This document shows, in pieces, positions 36,488-45,987 of a DNA stretch of 64,000 nucleotides (its first letter is position 1; each line of letters starts with the position of its first letter). Below the pieces are notes generated by a model. The model did not search any database, was not told the origin of the DNA, and was given only the letters and a program-made list of their open reading frames with translations. This DNA is from Myxococcota bacterium (GTDB lineage Bacteria; Myxococcota_A; UBA9160; JAFDDA01), in contig OZ245817.1 in NCBI GenBank assembly GCA_965228475.1, positions 4,096,001-4,160,000 on the forward strand, read 5' to 3'. A program made the position numbers and the translations under genes.

Positions 36488-39400
36488 ATGATGAGCGACT
36501 CCTTCGTCCACGTCCGATTCGGGGGCTTCGAGCTCGACGAGGCCGCCTTCGAGCTTCGCCAGGCGGACGGGGTCGTTCCGATCGAACCCCAGCCGCTCAC
36601 GCTGCTCTTGATGCTCGTGCGCCATCGGGACCGGGTGATGCGCCGCGAGGAGCTGACCCAGGCGCTCTGGCCGGACACGGCCGTGGGCTCGACGTCCCTT
36701 CCCCAGGCCATCCGCAAGGTACGGGACGCCCTCGGCGAATCCGGCGGCGAACGGGGCGCGATCCAGACCCACCGGGGCCTGGGCTTCCGCTTCGTCGCGG
36801 AAGTCGAGGAAGAGCCCGAGGCCCCGCTCCGCGCGCAGCCGAGGCGACGAAGGGGGGAACCCGGGCTCTATGGCCGCGAGGCCGACTGTGAGGCCGTGCT
36901 CGAAGCGCTCGACGGCGCCATCGCCGGACGCGGCAGCGCGACGTTCGTCACCGGCGCAGCGGGCATCGGCAAGACGCGGCTCGCGGCCTTCGCCGCGGAG
37001 GCGGCCCGCCACTCGGACACCGAGACCCATCGTGCCGGTGCCCTCGAGGAACGCGGCGCTCCGCCCTTCTGGCTCTGGGTCCAGATCCTCCGCTCCTACG
37101 CGGACACCCTGTCCGAAGGAGAACTGGCCGACGCTCCCGGGTCCGCGGCCCTCGACTTGGCGCGGCTCGTCCCGGACCTGAGCCCCGACGCGGCACCGGA
37201 GTCGACCGGACCCGCCGACTCGGACGAAGCCCGTTTCCGGCTCTTCGATGCCCTGGTCCGGTTCCTCGTCTGGCGGTCGCGCGAGCGGCCCCAGGTCCTC
37301 GTCCTCGAAGACCTCCACTGGGCCGACCCGGCCTCGCTGGCCGCGTTGGGCCACCTCGCGGGGGAGCTCTCGGAGCATGCCATCGCCATCGTCGCGACGT
37401 TCCGCGACGACGAACTCGGTCCCGGGCACGCGATCCTCGACATCGAGGCCGAATGCGCCCGTCACGACGCCCTGCGCCGGATCTCTCTCGGGGGCCTCGC
37501 ACCGGGCGACGTCACACGGCTCGTAACCGACCTGGCGGGCTTCACGCCGTCGGACTCGCTGACCCAGACCATCGTGCAGCGGACCGGAGGCAACCCCTTC
37601 TTCATCAAGCAGATCGTCAGCCTCGACGTCGAAGCCGCACGGACCTCGGACGATCCGGAGCGGCAGCTCGACGTGACCCTCGCAACCATGCCGCGCGAGG
37701 TCCGGCGCGTGGTCGGCCGGCGCCTCGGCCGTCTCTCGGAGGATGCGCGCACGGTGCTGGCTGCGGGCGCGGTCCTCGGGCGAAGCTTCGACGTCGCGAC
37801 GGTCCTGCGGATGGTTCCGCTGGCGCGAGAGGCACTCCTCCAGGCCCTCCAGGAAGCGGGAGACTCCCGGGCGATCCAGCCGGTGGAAGGGACGGAGCAC
37901 CGCTATGCGTTCCTGCACGACCTGCTCCGCGAGGTCGTCTACGACGAACTCGACGAAACCGCGCGGATGCGACTGCACCGGGCGGCTGCCGAGGCGCTGG
38001 AAGACATCCACCCCGAGGACAGGACGCCGGTCGTTCCGGCACTGGCCCACCACTACGGCTGCGCGGCCCCGCTGCTCGACGGAGCCGAGGCGGTCGACTA
38101 CGCCAAGTGGGCCGGCTCCCTGGCGCAGAGTTCCCTCGCCTACGAAGAGGCGTTCCAGTTCTACGACCGCGCGCTCCACGCGATGGACCTCACCCCCGAA
38201 CCGAGCATCGGCCTTCGGGCGGAGCTGATGGTGCTCCGCGGCTTCGCCCTCCAATCCTGCGGCCGGCACGAAGAGGGGCGCCAGGCGCTGCGCGAAGCGC
38301 TGCACGTCTCCCGCGTCGCCGGCTCCGGAACGCTGATGGTGGCCTCGGCCGTCGGACTCGCCGAGTTCGGGATCGGACTCCCCGACGCAGAGACGCTCGA
38401 CGCGCTCGAGCAGGCGCGGGCCGCCCTCGCCGAGCCCGAGGGCATGCTGCACGTCTGGGTCTACGGGCTGCTCGCGGCGAACCTCGCCAACGATCGGGAA
38501 CGGTTGCCTGAAGCGGACTCGCTCTCGAAGCGGGCCGAGACGGTCGCCAACGAGATCGATGATCCGGGCGCGCTCAGCCTGGCGCTCTCGAGCCAGGCCG
38601 CAGTCCAGAGGCTGCTCCCCTCCGGGCACCCGAAGGATCGAGACGCCATTGCCGCCCGCTCCGCGGCGTGCGCTGCCGATGCGCGCGACCCGACGGCCGA
38701 ACTCCTGGCCCGCCTGCAGCGCTTCGGAGCGCTGCTCGAACGGGGAGACATCTCCGAGGTCGATGCGGAGACCGCACGGATCGACGAACTCCTGCAGCGA
38801 TTGCGGTCTCCCTACTGGGGATACGTCCGCCCGTCCCTCCGCGCCATGCGTGAGCTGCTCCTCGGCCACTTCGAGGAGTCCGAGCGCCTCGCCCTCGAGG
38901 CCTACCAGGGAACGGAACACCCGCGACTGAATCTGGCCGCCGCCCTGGCCGGGATGATCGCGAGCATCCGCTACCAGCAGGGCCGCATGGGCGAGCTCGT
39001 TCCCGTCATGGGCCCGCTCGTCGCGCAGAACCCGAAGCTGCCGGCCCTCCGGGCCGGAGCCGTCCTTGCCTTGAAGGAGGCCGGACGGCTCGAAGAGGCG
39101 CGCGAGGAGATTCGTCACATCGCGGCCGACGGCTTCGGTGCGATCGTCGGGAGCGAAAGCTGGCTCTGCGCTCTCGCGATGCTCGCGGAGGTCGTCGCCG
39201 AGCTCGGGGAGCGAGAAGCTTGCGAAGACCTCCTCGCGATCCTCGAGCCCCGGGCGGACCAGTGCATCATCATCGCCAACGGCCACTACAGCCACGGCCC
39301 CGTTTCCTTGCAACTCGGCAAGCTCGCGACGACGCTCGCCGAATGGGATGCCGCCGAATCCCACCTCGAAGACGCGCTCGAGCGAAGCGACCGGCTTCGA

Positions 39401-39553
39401 TCCCCGGTTTGGCGGGCTCAGACGCTCGCCTCCCTCGCCCGCCTCCATCGCACCAGCGGAGACCGGGAGCACGCTCGGGCCCGCGCTGCCGAAGCCACGG
39501 CGATCGCCACGGAGCTGGGCATGACCGGACTGACGCGATCCCTCCGGGCGTAG
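36488..39553 (+). CDS. OmpR/CadC-type wHTH - STAND AAA ATPase - TPR regulator (A)
   Basis: RFGGFELD..IQTHRGLGFRF; GAAGIGKT; LEDLHWAD; GGNPFF; YAFLHDLLREVVY. Confidence 0.92.
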   Translation: MMSDSFVHVRFGGFELDEAAFELRQADGVVPIEPQPLTLLLMLVRHRDRVMRREELTQALWPDTAVGSTSLPQAIRKVRDALGESGGERGAIQTHRGLGFRFVAEVEEEPEAPLRAQPRRRRGEPGLYGREADCEAVLEALDGAIAGRGSATFVTGAAGIGKTRLAAFAAEAARHSDTETHRAGALEERGAPPFWLWVQILRSYADTLSEGELADAPGSAALDLARLVPDLSPDAAPESTGPADSDEARFRLFDALVRFLVWRSRERPQVLVLEDLHWADPASLAALGHLAGELSEHAIAIVATFRDDELGPGHAILDIEAECARHDALRRISLGGLAPGDVTRLVTDLAGFTPSDSLTQTIVQRTGGNPFFIKQIVSLDVEAARTSDDPERQLDVTLATMPREVRRVVGRRLGRLSEDARTVLAAGAVLGRSFDVATVLRMVPLAREALLQALQEAGDSRAIQPVEGTEHRYAFLHDLLREVVYDELDETARMRLHRAAAEALEDIHPEDRTPVVPALAHHYGCAAPLLDGAEAVDYAKWAGSLAQSSLAYEEAFQFYDRALHAMDLTPEPSIGLRAELMVLRGFALQSCGRHEEGRQALREALHVSRVAGSGTLMVASAVGLAEFGIGLPDAETLDALEQARAALAEPEGMLHVWVYGLLAANLANDRERLPEADSLSKRAETVANEIDDPGALSLALSSQAAVQRLLPSGHPKDRDAIAARSAACAADARDPTAELLARLQRFGALLERGDISEVDAETARIDELLQRLRSPYWGYVRPSLRAMRELLLGHFEESERLALEAYQGTEHPRLNLAAALAGMIASIRYQQGRMGELVPVMGPLVAQNPKLPALRAGAVLALKEAGRLEEAREEIRHIAADGFGAIVGSESWLCALAMLAEVVAELGEREACEDLLAILEPRADQCIIIANGHYSHGPVSLQLGKLATTLAEWDAAESHLEDALERSDRLRSPVWRAQTLASLARLHRTSGDREHARARAAEATAIATELGMTGLTRSLRA

Positions 39554-39565
39554 CCCCGTTCATCG

Positions 39566-39584
39566 TCTTCAAACTGCCTTCATG
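39566..39584 (+). promoter_or_regulatory. 11-bp-period TTCA box (TCTTCAAACTGCCTTCATG)
   Basis: TTCA at 39568 and 39579, ATCA at 39590; matches the 36382 and 39857 boxes. Confidence 0.55.
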
Positions 39585-39629
39585 AAGCCATCACGCCACG
39601 CGCGAGCTCCGTCCGCGAGACTCCGAGCC

Positions 39630-39818
39630 ATGGCGAAGGAAACCCCGAAGGCATCGACGACCGACGAGACGTCCGAGGCGAATCGCCCCGCCCCCCAGGA
39701 CGAGAACCGCTCGAGAGAGCGGAAGACGCCCGCGGCGCCGCCCAGCGGGGACGATTCGCAGGATTCCGCCTGGCTTTCGAACGCGGTCCTCCGCGCTCTT
39801 CGATCGCGAATCCCGTAG
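39630..39818 (+). CDS. Short low-complexity ORF (62 aa), uncertain
   Basis: MAKETPK...LSNAVLRALRSRIP; follows an operator-like box; positional counterpart of 56400..56774. Confidence 0.35.
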   Translation: MAKETPKASTTDETSEANRPAPQDENRSRERKTPAAPPSGDDSQDSAWLSNAVLRALRSRIP

Positions 39819-39856
39819 CCACGCACGCGGGAACACGCGGCCGCTCGATACCGCGA

Positions 39857-39875
39857 TGTTCAAAGTCCCTTCAAG
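39857..39875 (+). promoter_or_regulatory. 11-bp-period TTCA box (TGTTCAAAGTCCCTTCAAG) upstream of a PEP-CTERM gene
   Basis: 15/19 match to the 39566 box. Confidence 0.5.
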
Positions 39876-40041
39876 GTCGACCCACACAGTTTCGCGTTAC
39901 AACGAAACCGTCGCGCAAGAAACGCGCGGCACTGGGAATGGGGAAGGTTCGGAGTTCGTTCCTTCACCCGAACCCCGCAAGCGGAAGAGGTTGCGGGGCA
40001 AACGAGCGGTCGCATCGACCGAGTACCTGGAAGGATCTCTC

Positions 40042-40722
40042 ATGAGCCGATTCATCAAGCTGTCCGCGTTCGTCGCCTTCATGGCCCTGGCGAGCCCGGC
40101 CCACGCAACGTTCCTGAACATCGACCTCACGCCGACTGGCTTCTACCACACGTTCGATACGGCGGGCGACTTGCTCTCGAACACGAACGAGCAGTCGACG
40201 GGCAACGCCCTCTGGGCGGGCAGCGACGGATTCTTCGCGGAGAACGGCGTCTGGTACGTGGTCGACGGAAGCGAGACCTGGCACTCGTTCGCCTCGGCGA
40301 CGGACATGGTCCTGGCCCAGAACGAGATCGCCAGCGGCAGCTCGGTCTGGAACTCCGAGGACGGCTACTTCGCCGCGGACAACGTGTACTACCAGATCAG
40401 CAACGACAACACGTGGCGCTCCTACGGCTCGGCCGCGGACCTGTTCTCCAACTCGAACATGATCGCGACCGGCACGTCGGCCTGGGCCTTCAGCGACGGC
40501 TTCTTCGCGGTCGACGGCGCCTACTACAACGTCGACGGCGGCGGGAACTGGCACCAGTACGCCACGGCGGCGGACCTCCTCTCGAACATCAACGAAGTCG
40601 CCACCGGAACGTCGAGCTGGGGCTCCGCGGACGGTTTCGCTTCGGACGTGCCCGAGCCGGGCACGCTGCTCCTCCTCGGTGCAGGGCTCTTCGGCCTCGC
40701 ACTCACCGGACGCCGGAGCTAA
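40042..40722 (+). CDS. PEP-CTERM protein with four ~45-aa repeats
   Basis: Signal peptide ..ASPAHA; VPEPGTLLLLGAGLFGLALTGRRS tail; repeats such as WRSYGSAADLFSNSN..W..SDGFFA. Confidence 0.92.
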   Translation: MSRFIKLSAFVAFMALASPAHATFLNIDLTPTGFYHTFDTAGDLLSNTNEQSTGNALWAGSDGFFAENGVWYVVDGSETWHSFASATDMVLAQNEIASGSSVWNSEDGYFAADNVYYQISNDNTWRSYGSAADLFSNSNMIATGTSAWAFSDGFFAVDGAYYNVDGGGNWHQYATAADLLSNINEVATGTSSWGSADGFASDVPEPGTLLLLGAGLFGLALTGRRS

Positions 40723-40767
40723 CCGCTCACGCCCGACCTCTCGCGGGCGCATCCGCGAGAGAACTGC

Positions 40768-40796
40768 CCGCCCCGTGAGCTCCGCTCACGGGGCGG
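40768..40796 (+). terminator. Stem-loop CCGCCCCGTGAGC-TCC-GCTCACGGGGCGG, with a second hairpin at 40738..40761
   Basis: 13-bp perfect stem followed by CTTCGTTCT, directly after the PEP-CTERM gene. Confidence 0.6.
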
Positions 40797-40822
40797 CTTC
40801 GTTCTCAATCAAGGAGACCCTC

Positions 40823-42244
40823 ATGTTCCGAGCACCCATCCACTCCGCCGCGCTCTTGATCCTGGCCGGGAGCCTGTGTGGCGCCGGCTGCAAGCCCGCT
40901 GCCGACGTCAACAAGGACGGCGTGGTCGACCAGCTCGACGTCGACGCGGTCGTCGCCTGCCTGGGGCTCACACCCCAAGCGCACCCGGAGTGCGCTCCCG
41001 CCAACGTCATCGCCGACGGACTGGTCGACCTCGCCGACCGCAACTTCGTCTACTCCCGAAAGCACGACCTCGAGTGCAACGGGGCAGCGCATCTCTGCGA
41101 TCGGCGCTTCGACGCCGTGGCCTACCCGATGACGCACAACGCCTACAGCACCCAGGCCGACGGCTACATCGCACCCAACCAATACCTCTCGATGGCACAG
41201 CAGCTCCAGGACGGCATCCGGGCCATGGAGCTCGACATCTATTCCTACCAAGGGCAGACCGTGATGTGTCACGGGACCGGCGGCGCCTGCCTGGTCGGCG
41301 GGTCCCGGAGCCTGGTCGACGGCCTCGTCGACATCCGGAACTTCCTCGATGCGAATCTCGGCGAGATCGTGGCCCTGCACTTCGAGGCCTTCGTCAGCCA
41401 AGAGGACGCGGCCGCCGCGTTCGCCCAGGCGGGCCTGCTCGGCTACACGCACGTCCCGAACATCGGGGAACCCTGGCCCACTCTGCGCAAGATGATCGAA
41501 CGCGGAGAACGGCTCGTCGTCCTGACCACGGACCCCACGGGAGGCTACCCCTGGTACCGCTTCAACTGGGACTTCACTTTCACGACGCCCTATGAAGCCT
41601 TCGCCATCGCCAACTTCAGTTGCGACTTTCTCTCGGGCGCCCCCTGGGCGACACTCTTCCAGCTCCCGCACTTCCTGACCCAGTTCGGGCCGGCGCCCCT
41701 CGCGGCCCCGACCGTCAACGCCAACCCGTTCTTCCTCGGCCGCGTGCTCGAGTGCGAGGGCGCCCGCAACCATTTTCCGAACTTCGTGAGCGTCGATTTC
41801 TACGACGTCGGCGACCTGTTCGAAGTCGTGGCTCATCTGAACGGCGAGTGGACGATCTTCGAATCGGAGAGCGACTTCTCTCACGGGATCGGAAGGGCCG
41901 ACGAGGACGGCTGGTCGGCATCCACGACCGAAGACGCCGAGGGACACCTGAGCTTCGGCCCGTACACGACGGAGCTATCCCCCGGCCTGCACGTCGCCTA
42001 CTACCGGCTGATGATCGACGACAACGACGCCGACGACCTCGCCGTGGTCGACATCGACGTCTACGATGCGACCGCGGGGCAGGTTCTCGCCCACAAGCCG
42101 GTCACCCGCCGCCAGTTCGATGCCACCTACGAGTACCAGGACTTCGTCCTGTCCTTCGACGTCCCGGCTGGCCACGAGATCGAGTTCCGCACCTACTGGC
42201 ACGACGTCGCCTACATCCGCCAGGACCACGTGGCCGTCCGCTGA
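40823..42244 (+). CDS. Lipoprotein with dockerin-like EF-hands, PI-PLC-like phosphodiesterase domain and C-terminal beta-sandwich
   Basis: AAGGAG SD; GAGC-KPA lipobox; DVNKDGVVDQLD; THNAYS, NQ..QLQDGIRAMELD, MCHG, PNFVSVDFY. Confidence 0.85.
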   Translation: MFRAPIHSAALLILAGSLCGAGCKPAADVNKDGVVDQLDVDAVVACLGLTPQAHPECAPANVIADGLVDLADRNFVYSRKHDLECNGAAHLCDRRFDAVAYPMTHNAYSTQADGYIAPNQYLSMAQQLQDGIRAMELDIYSYQGQTVMCHGTGGACLVGGSRSLVDGLVDIRNFLDANLGEIVALHFEAFVSQEDAAAAFAQAGLLGYTHVPNIGEPWPTLRKMIERGERLVVLTTDPTGGYPWYRFNWDFTFTTPYEAFAIANFSCDFLSGAPWATLFQLPHFLTQFGPAPLAAPTVNANPFFLGRVLECEGARNHFPNFVSVDFYDVGDLFEVVAHLNGEWTIFESESDFSHGIGRADEDGWSASTTEDAEGHLSFGPYTTELSPGLHVAYYRLMIDDNDADDLAVVDIDVYDATAGQVLAHKPVTRRQFDATYEYQDFVLSFDVPAGHEIEFRTYWHDVAYIRQDHVAVR

Positions 42245-42250
42245 ACGGGC

Positions 42251-42721
42251 TCAGGCCGCCTCGGCCATCCGCCCCTCGCCTGCCGCCAGCGCGGCGGGCG
42301 AGGGGATCAGGGTCTCGCGCCGGATCTCGAGCACGCCGAGCTTCTCGAGCAGCAGACAGAAGCCATAGCCGATGTCGACCTCCCACTTGGTGAAGGAGAA
42401 CTTCGCCGAGGTCGCGTAGCGGTGGTGGTTGTTCTGGAAGCCCTCGCCGAAGATCAACCAGGCGGCGAAGTGGTTGTTGCGCGAGTTGTCGTTCGTCTCG
42501 AAGTTCCGGCCGCCCACGGCGTGGCCGAGGGTGTTGACGATCCAGCCCTCGATCGGGTGGCTCATGATCCCGGAGTAGTAGGCCGCGGCGAGGAGCCACA
42601 TGCCGGTCGGGATGGCGATGGCCAGGGCGATCGCGGCGTGGGCGACGTAGGGAAGCATCCAGAGGCGGTTCCGGTTCAGCCAGTGGATCGGGAAATCGAG
42701 GTCCTCGACCCCGCGCGTGTA
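42251..42721 (-). pseudogene. 3' fragment of the fatty-acid desaturase (duplicate of 62627..63097)
   Basis: ~18 mismatches in 473 bp by manual count; lacks the first two His boxes; homology ends abruptly at 42721. Confidence 0.88.
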
Positions 42722-42752
42722 GGACGTCATGGGATGGTCAAGAAGTCATCAG
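42722..42752 (+). repeat. 31-bp direct repeat, copy 2, at the desaturase breakpoint
   Basis: Identical to 36299..36329. Confidence 0.9.
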
Positions 42753-43442
42753 CTTCCGGGCAGGCTGGAGTCGAAGTGCGGCAAGACCGCCGACGGCCAT
42801 CAGGAGGAAGGCCCCCGGTTCCGGAAGCGCCGTCACGGCGATGGTTCCGGCGACGGAACCCTGGACGGGAGCCTGCGCGGCCACCAGTGCGCCCACGTCC
42901 TGGGCCGCCGCCGAGAGAGCGACGCTCAGGTCGAGGTCGAGCCCGAAGGCCAGATCGTCGAGAGACGGGTACGCGCCGGGAGACGAGAGCTGAACGTTGC
43001 TCACCTCCGGAGAGACCATTGGAGCCAACACCCCCGACCCCCCGACGGCGAGGAACTGGCCGGGGTCGAAGTTCGCGGTCAGGACGAGTTGATCCGCGTG
43101 ATCCCGGATGCTGAGCGAGTAGGTGAGTGTGTCGTCGATCTCGAAGAAGTACACCGAACCGAACTGGCTGAAGAGCCCGGTCAGAACGACGTCGTCGAGT
43201 CCGACGGAGAAACCGAGCGGGAGGGGATCGGGCACGTCTGCGTTGTCACGTGCGGCGGTGATCTCGAGGTCGTCGCCGAAGTCGATCACCAGGCCCTGAA
43301 CCAGGAAGCTCCCGTTGCTCGAGGCGAAATCCACCTGCGCCAGAGCGAAGGCGTTCCCGGACCCGAGCGAAGCCAGCCCGAGGGCGAGCCCGAGGAGCAC
43401 CCTGCGGGCGAGTCCGGGTTTGATTCGATCGGCAGCATTCAT
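42738..43442 (-). CDS. PEP-CTERM protein
   Basis: GAGGAGG SD; signal peptide; LPEPGAFLLMAVGGLAALRLQPARK tail; stop lies inside the 31-bp repeat. Confidence 0.8.
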   Translation of the reverse strand: MNAADRIKPGLARRVLLGLALGLASLGSGNAFALAQVDFASSNGSFLVQGLVIDFGDDLEITAARDNADVPDPLPLGFSVGLDDVVLTGLFSQFGSVYFFEIDDTLTYSLSIRDHADQLVLTANFDPGQFLAVGGSGVLAPMVSPEVSNVQLSSPGAYPSLDDLAFGLDLDLSVALSAAAQDVGALVAAQAPVQGSVAGTIAVTALPEPGAFLLMAVGGLAALRLQPARKLMTS

Positions 43443-43550
43443 CGGGTGTCCTCCTCGCTGAGAAGCCCCGGGGCGAGGAGGCCGCGAATCGCCGGAGGCG
43501 CCGCGCTCCACCCTCCCCAGGGTTCGAACCCGGTTTACCGCGTGGAGGGC
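43443..43550 (-). promoter_or_regulatory. Candidate structured 5' leader, copy B
   Basis: Perfect 9-bp stem CCTCCTCGC/GCGAGGAGG (43450-43458/43473-43481) covering the SD; upstream stem 43510-43516/43544-43550. Confidence 0.5.
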
Positions 43551-43593
43551 ATCCGGAATACGACCGGAATGAAATCGTCAGGATCTCCTCATG

Positions 43594-45987
43594 TCACCGA
43601 GAGCCTCCGGAGTGGACCGCGAGGCCAGCCCGCGCCGCGAGCATCTCCGAGCGCGCTTCTTCTGCTTGGCCGAACGCTCCGGGAACGCGCAGGGCTGCCT
43701 CGAAGGCGGCCGCGGCGGAGCGGTTCCGCCAGTCCCGTCGGAGTGCCAGGCCGAGCCGGTAGAAATACGTCGGCTCCGGCGCTCCGTTGGCCCCGGCGAG
43801 GTCCGCGGCACGGGCGAGCTGCGCCACGGAGGCGGGAACCAAGCCCCGCTGGAGCAGGGCCCAGCCGAGGACGTGATTCGCTTTCGCGTCGTCGGGGAAC
43901 GCGGCCACGCCGTCGGCGGCCAGCCGGTGGGCCCGTTCGGCGTCCGACCCGCGTTTCAGGAGCGCTTCAGCCAGTCGGACCTTCGCCACCGGCGAGTCGC
44001 TGACGGCGAGCACCCGTTCGAGCTGCTGCTCTGCCTCTTCATCTTCCCCCATGGCTTGCAACAGCTCAGAGAGGACGACCCGGCCCTCTTCGGAGAGGGA
44101 GCCCACACGATCGGCTTCGTGAAGCAGTGCGATGGATTCCTCGGGAGCCCGGTCTTCCGTGTGGAGTGCGACGAGCAGCGATATCGCCTGCCGACTGGCC
44201 GGCGCCACGCGGAGCGCGCGGTGCAGATCCTCGCGGGCCTCTTCGATTCGGCCCAGGCCGAGGAGGATGTCAGCGCGCAGGACGAGCAGGCGCTCGTATC
44301 CGGATGCCGGGTCCCCGATCCTGCGCGAGATCGTTTCGATCGCCCGCTCGGGCGTGGTCACGGCTTCGATGCGGGCAAGCGTCTCGACCAGCGAGAGGTC
44401 GTCGACTCCGGCGACCAGATGGCGTCGGAGGCGAGCACCGCCGCTCCCTGCCCGCTCTTGCTCTTCGCGACGGGCGAGGAAGACGAGAGCACCGACGTGC
44501 GGCGGATCGCCGGCAGCGATCACTTCGAGGAGCTGCCTGGCCTCCCGCCACTTGCCGCGGGCGTCCCAGGCCTCGGCCAGCACCAGCCGCTCATCCGGTG
44601 TCAGCGCGCGGAGGCGCCAGACCCGCCAGAGATCCCGCTCGGCCGCGCGGTGGTCGCGGGAGGCCGCATGCATTCGGGCTCGCAGCGAGAGAGCCTGGTC
44701 GACGTGCGACAGCGCCGTTCGCCCGCTCGCCGCGACGGCCGGCAAGCGAAACAGGCGATCGATGCTCTCGCGCGCCCGGTGGAGATCTCCGGCGCGCAGC
44801 GCCGCGGCGGCATGGAGACCCACCAGGACCGGATCCCGGCTCTCGGATGAGAACGTGCGGATCGCGCGCTCGGCGGCACCGGGCCGGGAGCGCGCGAGGG
44901 CCTTGCGGGCCTGGGTCCGCAGCGTCTCCGGGCGGGCCGCATGGGATCGCTCCAAGCGGCTGAGGATGCGATCGAACGCCGGCCCGTCCCGCGCGGCGAG
45001 GTGAACCTCCGCCAGCAGCTCGAGGACGGCCGGGTCGTCGTCTGCACCCGCGAGCCGTTCGACCCTCCGCGCCGCGCGACGTACGGCACCGTCCCGGAGG
45101 AAGCGGCGAACGGACTCGAGAGCGCTCTCGTGACCCGTCTCAGGCGTCTCGAGCGCGGTCGTGAGTTCCTCGTTCGCCTCGCTCAGCTCGAGCGCGAGCC
45201 AGGTCTCGGGGTCGGGTGCACGGTCTGCAAGGGCAAGCGACAGCAGCATCGCCCGCACGTCGATAGGCCGGTCGCGGAAGAGGCCGGGGGGGACACGTCG
45301 CACCAGACGTTCCGACTCACCCTCCGCCCCTCCTTCCCGGAGCGAGCGCAGCGCCCGCCCGTGGTACTCGAGAGCCTGGTCGCCGGCCGGGTCGAACAAG
45401 AACTGCGCGATGGCGGCGCCGAACCATGCGCGCCAGGCCGGAATCGATACGGGGGCGGCTGCGGCCCTTCGGAAGTGCTCGATCGCCTCGCGAGCGTCGG
45501 CTGGCGACTCACCCGATGGAAAGCGGATGGCCCTGGCCAAGAGCCCATGGGCCAGGGCGAAGTGCAGGTCACCATGGCCTTCGTGCATGGCCAGCTCCCG
45601 GCGTGCGATGGCCAGGCCGCCGGCGAGGTCTCCCAGCCCGACATCGGCCCGCGCCACGATCGACCAAGCTTCCGGATCCGAAGGGCGGCGTTCGAGCACC
45701 CGATCTGCGAGGAGACGAGCCCCCACCGGATCGTGTTTCAGGAGAATTCGCGCCTGCCACAGGATCAGCTCGTCACGCTCTGGCACGGACCGAAGGGCAT
45801 GGGTGAGCGCGGCAACGGCGAGCGCATCGTCTCCGGCTCGATGGCGCTCACGGGCGAGTGCGACGTAGCGGTCGGCGGGGTCGTCGACCGTGGCGGCGCG
45901 CGGCCCTGGATCCCGCTCCCCACAGGCCGTCAGCAGCATGACCACGACGACCCAGAGCGTTCCGCAGTGCCGAAGACGGCTCGTCAT
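43594..45987 (-). CDS. TPR-repeat lipoprotein (PrsT-like)
   Basis: ATG 45987 overlaps the upstream stop; LLTAC lipobox; TPR helices; NHVLGWALLQRG..YFYRLGLAL. Confidence 0.8.
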   Translation of the reverse strand: MTSRLRHCGTLWVVVVMLLTACGERDPGPRAATVDDPADRYVALARERHRAGDDALAVAALTHALRSVPERDELILWQARILLKHDPVGARLLADRVLERRPSDPEAWSIVARADVGLGDLAGGLAIARRELAMHEGHGDLHFALAHGLLARAIRFPSGESPADAREAIEHFRRAAAAPVSIPAWRAWFGAAIAQFLFDPAGDQALEYHGRALRSLREGGAEGESERLVRRVPPGLFRDRPIDVRAMLLSLALADRAPDPETWLALELSEANEELTTALETPETGHESALESVRRFLRDGAVRRAARRVERLAGADDDPAVLELLAEVHLAARDGPAFDRILSRLERSHAARPETLRTQARKALARSRPGAAERAIRTFSSESRDPVLVGLHAAAALRAGDLHRARESIDRLFRLPAVAASGRTALSHVDQALSLRARMHAASRDHRAAERDLWRVWRLRALTPDERLVLAEAWDARGKWREARQLLEVIAAGDPPHVGALVFLARREEQERAGSGGARLRRHLVAGVDDLSLVETLARIEAVTTPERAIETISRRIGDPASGYERLLVLRADILLGLGRIEEAREDLHRALRVAPASRQAISLLVALHTEDRAPEESIALLHEADRVGSLSEEGRVVLSELLQAMGEDEEAEQQLERVLAVSDSPVAKVRLAEALLKRGSDAERAHRLAADGVAAFPDDAKANHVLGWALLQRGLVPASVAQLARAADLAGANGAPEPTYFYRLGLALRRDWRNRSAAAAFEAALRVPGAFGQAEEARSEMLAARAGLAVHSGGSR

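Noticed and set aside
36382..39584. 19-bp inverted repeats as transposon ends around regulator A
   Set aside because: No transposase or target duplication seen; a third copy at 39857 and internal 11-bp periodicity fit operators better
39925..40005. Cobalamin-riboswitch-like GCACTGGGAATGGGGAAGG and nearby hairpins
   Set aside because: Other conserved elements, including the B12 box, are missing or out of order
42251..42730. 159-aa ORF as a functional desaturase
   Set aside because: The ATG comes from the 31-bp repeat, and two of three His boxes are missing
43443..43550. c-di-GMP-I (GEMM) riboswitch suggested by GGTAAACC..GCCTCCGG
   Set aside because: No GNRA-capped P2 or GCAAAGC junction, and copy A lacks these bases; kept only as an unclassified leader
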